A stretch of DNA of 48,934 nucleotides from Flavobacteriales bacterium. Its GTDB lineage: Bacteria > Bacteroidota > Bacteroidia > Flavobacteriales > BACL11. Numbering within the stretch: the first letter of the stretch is position 1; every line of letters begins with the position of its first letter. Below the pieces are notes generated by a model. The model searched no databases, was not told where the DNA came from, and saw only the letters and a program-made list of their open reading frames with translations. Below, one piece after another: positions 39,454-46,501 of this stretch. The stretch covers positions 1 to 48,934 of the forward strand of contig JABICI010000057.1 of NCBI GenBank assembly GCA_018652335.1. Reading direction: 5' to 3'. Position numbers and translations under genes: made by a program.

Positions 39454-40626
39454 ATGGAATTAGGATTACTGGCATTACTTATTGTTATCGCTTTGGCAAC
39501 TTATTTTAAAAAATCAATCAAAAGCGATGATATAGATTATAGTAAGAAAATTTTAGAGTTAGAAAAATCAGTTGCATCAAAAGTAGAAATAATTAATCAG
39601 ATACAAAAATCAGAAGGCATATTGAATGCAAAAATGACATCTTTTGAGCAATTAAAAACTGAAAAGACCCAAGCAGAAGTACGTTTGCAAGCAACAGAAC
39701 ACGAATACAATGCTTTAAAAACAAAATTAACCACTCTCGAAAGCAAAGAAGAAAATAGAATTGAGTCATTAAGAAAATCACTAGACAAAAGCAATGCACT
39801 TCAAGAATCTCTAGAAAAAGAAAAAGAAAGACTTAATGATGAAAGAGTAGCTGAAAAATCATCATATTTTGAGAAAATGAAGAAAAAATGGGGCAACCAT
39901 GAAAAAGATATTGAAAATCACATCCAATTAATATGCAAAAATCATATTTTAGAATACATTTCTCAAGAAAATTTTCCATACCCAAGAAATAAGCCTGACA
40001 ATACTATTAAAATCTCAGATCAGTATATCATCTTTGATGCAAAAAGCCCACTATCAGATGACTTAAGTAATTTTCCAACATATATTAAAAACCAAACAGA
40101 TAACCTTAAAAAATATGCAAAGCATTCAGATGTTAAAAAAGATTTATTTTTAGTTATTCCATCTAACACATTAAGTTCAATAGATAAATTCACTTATAAT
40201 ATGGGTGAATATAATGTTTTTGTAATCACTAAAGACTCTATTGAACCTATAATTATCAGTCTCAAAAAAATACAGGACTTTCAATTAGTTGAAAAATTAA
40301 GTCCAGAAGAAAGAGATGATATATGTAGAATAATTGGAAAATTTGCACATACAACAAAAAGAAGAATCCAAATTGATCAGTATTTTGCTGAAGAATTCTT
40401 AGATACACTTAAGAAATCGAGATCCCAACTTCCAAAAGAAGTATTGAAACGAGTGATAGAATTTGAAAGTGCTGAGAAATTAAATCCTCCAATGGAGAAA
40501 AGAAATAAAAAGATATTAACACAAGAACTAATTGACAAGAGAGTAGAATTAAATAAAGAAATACAAATAAGAGATATACCTCAAATTGATGCTAAAATTA
40601 GCTTTAAAGAAGACAATATAAAATGA
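39454..40626 (+). CDS. rmuC: RmuC-family DNA recombination / nuclease-like protein
   Basis: N-terminal TM helix and a ~130-aa coiled coil. KPDNTIKISDQYIIFDAKSPL and LFLVIPSNT resemble the RmuC PD-(D/E)xK-like core. Recognised from memory only. Confidence 0.5.
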   Translation: MELGLLALLIVIALATYFKKSIKSDDIDYSKKILELEKSVASKVEIINQIQKSEGILNAKMTSFEQLKTEKTQAEVRLQATEHEYNALKTKLTTLESKEENRIESLRKSLDKSNALQESLEKEKERLNDERVAEKSSYFEKMKKKWGNHEKDIENHIQLICKNHILEYISQENFPYPRNKPDNTIKISDQYIIFDAKSPLSDDLSNFPTYIKNQTDNLKKYAKHSDVKKDLFLVIPSNTLSSIDKFTYNMGEYNVFVITKDSIEPIIISLKKIQDFQLVEKLSPEERDDICRIIGKFAHTTKRRIQIDQYFAEEFLDTLKKSRSQLPKEVLKRVIEFESAEKLNPPMEKRNKKILTQELIDKRVELNKEIQIRDIPQIDAKISFKEDNIK

Positions 40627-41375
40627 TTAAAGAAGAAAAAAATTACATCTTTGGAATTCGACCAATAATTGAAGCAGTTCACGCAGGTAAGACGATTGAC
40701 AAACTTTTTATACAGAAGGGATTACACAATGACTTGTTTGCAGAACTTTGGAAACTAGTTCGAGTCAAAAGAATTAACTATAAGCATGTTCCTATTGAAA
40801 AAATTAATCGCTTAACAAAGAAGAACCATCAAGGGGTTTTCGCCTTCATATCACCAATTGATTTTCATAATATTGAAGATGTTATACCATCATTGTACGA
40901 ACAAGCAAGAAACCCTCTTGTATTAGTTTTGGACAGAATTACTGATATAAGAAATTTTGGTGCAATTGCTCGTACAGCTGAATGCACAGGAGTTGATACA
41001 ATATTAATTCCAGAACAAAATGCTGCAGCTATTAATGCAGATGCTATTAAAACTTCTGCTGGCGCACTACTAAGGATGAATATATGTAGAACATGGAATT
41101 TAAAATTAGCACTACAATTTATGAAGGAAAGTGGCTTACAACTGGTTGCATGTACTGAAAAAACACAAGATAGTATGTATAAACCTGATTACTCTTCACC
41201 AACAGCAGTTATTATGGGGTCAGAAGAAGATGGAGTATCTCCAGAGTTATTAAAAATGTGTGATGCAAGAGCAAAAATCCCTATGAATGGCAAGATCACA
41301 TCATTAAATGTCTCTGTAGCTACAGGAGTAATACTGTATGAATTGATAAGACAAAGAAAAAAACATGAACATTAA
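40623..41375 (+). CDS. rlmB: SpoU/TrmH-family 23S rRNA 2'-O-ribose (G2251) methyltransferase
   Basis: N-terminal substrate-binding domain (IFGIRPIIEAV), SpoU motifs NFGAIARTAE, VIMGSEEDGVS and SLNVSVATGV. Confidence 0.75.
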   Translation: MIKEEKNYIFGIRPIIEAVHAGKTIDKLFIQKGLHNDLFAELWKLVRVKRINYKHVPIEKINRLTKKNHQGVFAFISPIDFHNIEDVIPSLYEQARNPLVLVLDRITDIRNFGAIARTAECTGVDTILIPEQNAAAINADAIKTSAGALLRMNICRTWNLKLALQFMKESGLQLVACTEKTQDSMYKPDYSSPTAVIMGSEEDGVSPELLKMCDARAKIPMNGKITSLNVSVATGVILYELIRQRKKHEH

Positions 41376-41379
41376 TTCC

Positions 41380-41443
41380 TTTAGAGCTTGTAGTATTTTT
41401 CATGAATGTTTAAGTGTACTTGCAACATGAATCAAGCTCTAAA
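41380..41443 (+). terminator. Extended imperfect hairpin immediately after rlmB (terminator or small structured RNA)
   Basis: TTTAGAGCTTG (41380-41390) pairs with CAAGCTCTAAA (41433-41443). Inner TTCATG (41399-41404) pairs with CATGAA (41426-41431). There is no T-run, and the hairpin starts 5 nt after the stop codon. Confidence 0.35.
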
Positions 41444-41617
41444 ATATTTAAAGTTATGTATAGAATTTTTACTTTAATAGATTTTAACTTTTTAAATCTA
41501 AAACACTGTTTTCACAAAAAAGATTAAAATGGTCATACTGAAAATTTTACTGCAAAATTGTTAGAAAAGAAACTATAATCTATTAATTGAAAATATACAA
41601 AAAAAATTATATTTATT

Positions 41618-42346
41618 ATGAATTGGTACGCAAATTGGTTTAATTCTCATTACTACCATATACTATACAACAATAGAGATGAAAAAGAAGCTGAATTTTT
41701 TATCGATAATCTTATTAAGAGACTAAACCTTGTAACTCCAAGCAAATTAATTGATATTGCATGTGGCAAAGGAAGGCATGCTACTTATTTTAACACAAAG
41801 GGTTTTGATGTTACAGGTGTAGATCTATCTCAAAATAGCATTGAGCATGCAATTCGTCAGTCTATCAAGAAAAAGAATCTGTCCTTCAAAGTACATGATA
41901 TGCGAGAGCTTTACAAAGCTAACCATTTTGATGTTGCAACAAATCTATTTACATCATTTGGCTACTTTGAAGATGAAACTGACGAACAAAAGGCTATAAA
42001 TTCAATCTCACAAAGTTTAAAAGCAAATGGACTCTTAATTATAGATTTTATGAATGTCAATAAAGTCGTAGATAATTTAGTTGTGAAAGAACAAAAGATA
42101 ATTCAGAGCATTACTTTTAATATCAAAAGAAAAGTTGAAGATCATTACATTATTAAAGACATTGAAATCTTAGATAGCAACAAGAAATACGAATTTCAAG
42201 AAAAGGTTAAAGCATTAAATTTAGATTGTTTTACAACATTTGTTAATGAGGCAGGGCTGAAAATTATTGATATCTTTGGCAATTATTCATTAGATAGATT
42301 TGATATTAAAAAATCTAATAGACTAATCCTTATTTGCAAAAAATGA
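41618..42346 (+). CDS. Class I SAM-dependent methyltransferase
   Basis: Motif I LIDIACGKGRH, followed by DVTGVDLS and LLIIDF (post-I/II motifs). Confidence 0.8.
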   Translation: MNWYANWFNSHYYHILYNNRDEKEAEFFIDNLIKRLNLVTPSKLIDIACGKGRHATYFNTKGFDVTGVDLSQNSIEHAIRQSIKKKNLSFKVHDMRELYKANHFDVATNLFTSFGYFEDETDEQKAINSISQSLKANGLLIIDFMNVNKVVDNLVVKEQKIIQSITFNIKRKVEDHYIIKDIEILDSNKKYEFQEKVKALNLDCFTTFVNEAGLKIIDIFGNYSLDRFDIKKSNRLILICKK

Positions 42347-43041
42347 ACTACGTATCAATAATATTATTATTCGCTTCTGTGATAATTGGGGCAGCACTTG
42401 TTGAGATAATTAAGGTAAAAAATAATAATAAAATTCAGCTTCTTCTTACATTTAGCGGTGCATATTTATTGTCTGTTAGCGTACTTCATTTACTGCCCGT
42501 CATATTTACTTACGATTCACATAGATATATTGGTATCTATGTTTTATTTGGCTTTTTAATTCAAATTATTCTAGAGCATTTTTCAAAAGGCATAGAACAT
42601 GGTCATGGTCATTTTAGAAATAGACAAATCATTCCGTTTTCTGTTGTTATAAGCCTATGCCTACATGCTTTCTTAGAAGGGATTCCACTTGCAGGACAGT
42701 TGCACAATCATGCCCATAATGCCCTTCTAACTGGAGTAGTATTGCATAAACTACCTGTTGCAATAGTTTTAATGACACTTTTTGTTCAGTCTAATATTGG
42801 TAAAAAAAGATCATATGCTCTTCTATTAATATTTGCAGCAATGTCACCTTTAGGTGTTCTAACAGGTGAATTATTTACAACATTAATGAATTATCAGAAC
42901 GAAATTATGGCTATAGTTATTGGGGTCTTTCTTCATATTTCAACAACTATTTTATTTGAAAGTAGTACAGATCATAAATTTAGTCTTCAAAAAATTCTTA
43001 TAATAATTACAGCTATCTTAATATCTATTTTCAGTGTGTAA
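42343..43041 (+). CDS. ZIP-family divalent metal (Zn/Fe) permease
   Basis: About 7-8 TM helices, a His-rich loop EHGHGHF, and HAFLEGIPLA / HKLPVA ZIP signature helices. I prefer the ATG at 42343 (ATGA overlap) to the tracked TTG at 42334. Confidence 0.8.
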   Translation: MNYVSIILLFASVIIGAALVEIIKVKNNNKIQLLLTFSGAYLLSVSVLHLLPVIFTYDSHRYIGIYVLFGFLIQIILEHFSKGIEHGHGHFRNRQIIPFSVVISLCLHAFLEGIPLAGQLHNHAHNALLTGVVLHKLPVAIVLMTLFVQSNIGKKRSYALLLIFAAMSPLGVLTGELFTTLMNYQNEIMAIVIGVFLHISTTILFESSTDHKFSLQKILIIITAILISIFSV

Positions 43042-43578
43042 ATGAATAATAAGTACATAATTACAGGAGCGCCAGGTACTGGAAAAACATCAATTATTAA
43101 TGACTTAATCTCACGTGATTTTAGTTGCGTAAAAGAAAACTCAAGAGAAGTTATTTCGGAACAATTATTAACTGGAGGAGATATACTGCCTTGGAAAAAT
43201 CAATTAGCTTTTGAAGAAAAAATATCAAGATTAAGAATTCAACAGTACAAAAAAAATATGAATGACAATTTAGTTTTCTTTGACAGGAGTCCATTTGACT
43301 CATTAGCTTATCTAAATCTGAGTAATTTGAAATTTACTAATAATCTAATACGATCTATAAAAAAATGCAAGTTCAATAAATCAGTTTTCTACACTCCAAT
43401 ATGGACAGAAATTTATGTTAATGATAAAGAACGAATTGAAGATGTCAATAAAGCAAAAAAAATAGAAGACGCAATCATTAAAATGTACTCTAATCAGGGT
43501 TTTAACTTAATTAAAGTGCCAAAATTAGAAATAAAAGCTAGAACAGATTTTATTATTTCAAAAACAACTTACTTATAA
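43042..43578 (+). CDS. Small P-loop NTPase (AAA_28 / NadR-kinase-like)
   Basis: Walker A GAPGTGKTS and Walker B-like VFFDRSP. 178 aa. The ATG directly follows the ZIP gene TAA. Confidence 0.6.
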   Translation: MNNKYIITGAPGTGKTSIINDLISRDFSCVKENSREVISEQLLTGGDILPWKNQLAFEEKISRLRIQQYKKNMNDNLVFFDRSPFDSLAYLNLSNLKFTNNLIRSIKKCKFNKSVFYTPIWTEIYVNDKERIEDVNKAKKIEDAIIKMYSNQGFNLIKVPKLEIKARTDFIISKTTYL

Positions 43579-43586
43579 ATTTAATG

Positions 43587-43594
43587 TAATTTTG
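43587..43594 (+). promoter_or_regulatory. Putative -7 promoter box (TAATTTTG) for the peroxiredoxin gene
   Basis: TAnnTTTG 32 nt upstream of the ATG at 43627. Confidence 0.4.
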
Positions 43595-43626
43595 TAAAAA
43601 AATATCTAACCAAAAAAAAATAAAAA

Positions 43627-44259
43627 ATGTCAGTATTAGTAGGTAAAAAAGCTCCAAACTTTTCAGCTCAAGCTGTTGTAAATGGAGGCGAGTTCGTTTC
43701 AAATTATACACTAGAACAATTTATAGGAAAAAAGCCGGTTTTACTATTCTTTTATCCTAAAGACTTTACGTTTGTATGTCCAACTGAATTATTTGCTTTT
43801 CAAAATGCATTATCTGAATTTGAATCGAGAAATTGTGCTGTAGTAGCTTGTTCAACAGATACTGAACAGTCTCACTGGGGTTGGCTTCAAATGCCAAAAA
43901 ATGAAGGAGGAATTAAAGGCATAACTTATCCAATAATAGCAGATACGTCTAAAACAATAGCAGAAAACTTTGGAGTCTTAGCTGGAGATTATGAATTAGA
44001 TGAAAATGACAACATGTGTGCAACAGGGCCAATGATAGCATATAGAGGTTTATTCTTAATTGACAAAAGCGGGACTGTTCAACATCAAATTGTCAATAAT
44101 TTCCCTTTAGGCAGGAATGTAGATGAAGCATTAAGAATGGTAGACGCATTACAACATTTTGAAGAAAATGGAGAAGTTTGCCCAGCAAATTGGAGTAAAG
44201 GCAAAGAATCAATGAAAGAAAGTCATGACTCTGTGGCAAATTATCTAGCTAACAACTAA
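43627..44259 (+). CDS. Typical 2-Cys peroxiredoxin (AhpC/Tsa family)
   Basis: Peroxidatic FTFVCPTE and resolving EVCPANW motifs. Confidence 0.95.
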   Translation: MSVLVGKKAPNFSAQAVVNGGEFVSNYTLEQFIGKKPVLLFFYPKDFTFVCPTELFAFQNALSEFESRNCAVVACSTDTEQSHWGWLQMPKNEGGIKGITYPIIADTSKTIAENFGVLAGDYELDENDNMCATGPMIAYRGLFLIDKSGTVQHQIVNNFPLGRNVDEALRMVDALQHFEENGEVCPANWSKGKESMKESHDSVANYLANN

Positions 44260-44276
44260 ACAAAAAATCAAATTTT

Positions 44277-44309
44277 AAAAAACCCTAATCTTTTTGATTA
44301 GGGTTTTTT
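44277..44309 (+). terminator. Rho-independent terminator of the peroxiredoxin gene
   Basis: AAAAAACCCTAATC-TTTTT-GATTAGGGTTTTTT, 18 nt after the stop codon. Confidence 0.8.
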
Positions 44310-44316
44310 ATTTTTG
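44309..44316 (+). promoter_or_regulatory. Putative -7 promoter box (TATTTTTG) abutting the ATG at 44321
   Basis: TATTTTTG-TTAA-ATG. The box shares its first T with the terminator T-run. Confidence 0.35.
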
Positions 44317-44320
44317 TTAA

Positions 44321-44776
44321 ATGAAATTAAGAAATTTTTTAATTAGATTGTTATTAAATTTATACCCTCCAATTTTATTCAATAGAATAGTTATTAAAAT
44401 GATTTCTGAAGATTTTACAAGTATGAAAGTCATACTTAAAAAATCAATTTTTAACATAAATTTTCACAAAACTATTTTTGGAGGTAGTATTTTTTCAGCA
44501 TGTGATCCTTTTTTCCCTACAATGTATCACTATATTTTTAAAAAAAGTAACTATAATTTAATTATCTGGGTTAAATCTGCAGAGATAAATTTTTTAAAAC
44601 CAGCAAATAGTTCATTAGAATTAAATTTTAACCTTTCTAAAAATGAAATAGAAATTGCTAAAAGAGAACTTGATAAAAATGATAAATTTGAAGCAGAGCA
44701 CCTAGTTAATGCAAAAGATAATAGTGGGGTAATTTGTGCTTCTGCTACAATAAATATTTACCTTAGAAAAAAATAA
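44321..44776 (+). CDS. Hot-dog-fold thioesterase-like protein (DUF4442 / YiiD C-terminal type)
   Basis: N-terminal ...LYPPILFNRIVIKMISEDF... and TIFGGSIFSACDPFF resemble the DUF4442 family as I remember it. Confidence 0.5.
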   Translation: MKLRNFLIRLLLNLYPPILFNRIVIKMISEDFTSMKVILKKSIFNINFHKTIFGGSIFSACDPFFPTMYHYIFKKSNYNLIIWVKSAEINFLKPANSSLELNFNLSKNEIEIAKRELDKNDKFEAEHLVNAKDNSGVICASATINIYLRKK

Positions 44777-44779
44777 AAC

Positions 44780-45259
44780 TTACATTTGCTGAATTAATAC
44801 AGTGGCATAGGCAGAAACACCCTCTTCTCTTCCTACAAAACTTAACTTTTCAGTAGTAGTTGCCTTTATTGAAACCTGATGTTTATCTATACCCATACAT
44901 TTTGAGAGAGTTTCTTGCATTTGATCTATATAAGGAGCGATTTTAGGTCTTTGTAAGCATATTGTTGAATCAATATTTCCAATCTCATATCCATTGTTTT
45001 GAATTAGCTTGACAACTTTTTGTAAGAGTATCTTACTATCAATGCCTTTATACTTAGAGTCATTATCAGGAAAATGCCTTCCTATATCACCCAAATTAGC
45101 AGCTCCTAATAAGGCATCACAAATAGTGTGGACAAGTACGTCTGCATCAGAATGTCCTAAACCACCCTTTGAATGAGGAACGAGTATTCCTCCCAACCAG
45201 AAATCAAGACCTTCTTTTAGTTGATGTACATCGAAACCGAAACCTACTCTAATATTCAT
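44780..45259 (-). CDS. ispF: 2-C-methyl-D-erythritol 2,4-cyclodiphosphate synthase
   Basis: RVGFGFDVHQL, GHSDADVLVHTICDALLGA and ATTTEKLSFVGREEG motifs. Confidence 0.95.
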   Translation of the reverse strand: MNIRVGFGFDVHQLKEGLDFWLGGILVPHSKGGLGHSDADVLVHTICDALLGAANLGDIGRHFPDNDSKYKGIDSKILLQKVVKLIQNNGYEIGNIDSTICLQRPKIAPYIDQMQETLSKCMGIDKHQVSIKATTTEKLSFVGREEGVSAYATVLIQQM

Positions 45260-45273
45260 ATAAACTCATTTTA

Positions 45274-46449
45274 TTATTCAGATGCACCAAAATTCCAGGT
45301 CATAGAGAAACGCATTGTATTAGAAAGTGGATTGTTTCCATTAATTGATTTACTTGCATTAACAAGATATGAAAAATCAATGATAAAAACATTATATTTT
45401 ACACCTGATCCAAAAGTAAAAAATTTCCTACCACCTTTAGTGTCGTGTTCAGAAAAATATCCAGCTCGGATTGCAAATTGATTGTTGTACCAATATTCTG
45501 TTCCTAAAGAATAATTAATCTCTCTCATTTCTTCACTAAATCCACCTGGCGCATCACTAAAAGATTGAAAAATTCCAGAAACAACCGCGACATCAGGATC
45601 TTTTCCAGAAATAATATCACCACTACCATCAGAAGCATATTCAGGAGGTGTTGGAACAAGCAGTTTGTTTATATCGAATGCAAATGACAACTTATTGTAA
45701 TCATCAATATCAGCACCAATTGCAGTTCCAATTTTTAAATTAATTGGAATAAAATCTTTTACAGAAGTTTCAGAATAAGAAACTTTACTTCCTATATTTG
45801 ATATATTCATTCCAAGAGCAAAATCTATATCTTTACCTGAAATACGTATTGGCTTTTCATAAAAACCGGCAAGATCAGCGGCAAAGGATTGCCCAGGTTT
45901 TGTTGCGACTTCACCTACATTCTGTCCTCCTGTCAAATTAGAATAAATATATCTTCCCGAAATTGCTAAAGCAAAAATATCGGAAAGCTTTCTTGAATAT
46001 GCAGTTCCAACAGCAAATTCATTTGGCTTAAATTGACCAACTATGTCACCAGTTATGTTAGTAAAGGTTATATCTCCTAATGAAAAGTACCTTAACTCTA
46101 CTCCAACAGCTTCATTTTCGTTTAATTTTTTGTAACCGCCAATGTAAGATAAATTAATATCAGGAACTAATGCTCGTAACCAAGGGACATACGAAACTGA
46201 CATCTCTAAATCATTATCGGCGAATGCAAATTTTGCAGGATTCCAATGTAAAGAATAAGCATCTGGAGAAGTAGCAGCGCCAACATCACCCATAGCACCT
46301 GATCTAGAATCAGGACCAATTAATAAAAATGGAACAGCTGTAGTTATAGTGTTAAGCACATCTCCTCCACCTAATTCATTAGTCTCTATCTGAGCAGACA
46401 AATCTAAATTTAGAAATAGTAAGCTTAAGATTCCAATTATTCTTTTCAT
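45274..46449 (-). CDS. porV: T9SS outer-membrane shuttle protein PorV (LptO)
   Basis: Signal peptide. FadL-like N-terminal region ...PDSRSGAMGDVGAATSPDAYSLHWNPAK. Beta-barrel of about 390 aa. Located immediately downstream of porU, as in other Bacteroidota. Confidence 0.8.
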   Translation of the reverse strand: MKRIIGILSLLFLNLDLSAQIETNELGGGDVLNTITTAVPFLLIGPDSRSGAMGDVGAATSPDAYSLHWNPAKFAFADNDLEMSVSYVPWLRALVPDINLSYIGGYKKLNENEAVGVELRYFSLGDITFTNITGDIVGQFKPNEFAVGTAYSRKLSDIFALAISGRYIYSNLTGGQNVGEVATKPGQSFAADLAGFYEKPIRISGKDIDFALGMNISNIGSKVSYSETSVKDFIPINLKIGTAIGADIDDYNKLSFAFDINKLLVPTPPEYASDGSGDIISGKDPDVAVVSGIFQSFSDAPGGFSEEMREINYSLGTEYWYNNQFAIRAGYFSEHDTKGGRKFFTFGSGVKYNVFIIDFSYLVNASKSINGNNPLSNTMRFSMTWNFGASE

Positions 46450-46501
46450 TAGTTTATTTTAGGTTGCAAATATAGTTGTTTTGTCAAAGGAGTTAACGTA
46501 A

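Noticed and set aside
41401-41560. Short ORFs in the rlmB to methyltransferase spacer (MNV*, MNQALKYLKLCIEFLL*, MVILKILLQNC*).
   Set aside because: They are 3-16 codons long with no signal-peptide or lipobox features and no promoter box. They are indistinguishable from chance in AT-rich DNA.
45221-45481. An 86-aa plus-strand ORF bridging the ispF start and the porV end.
   Set aside because: It is antisense to two well-supported genes and the 14-nt spacer between them, and its translation has no recognisable features.
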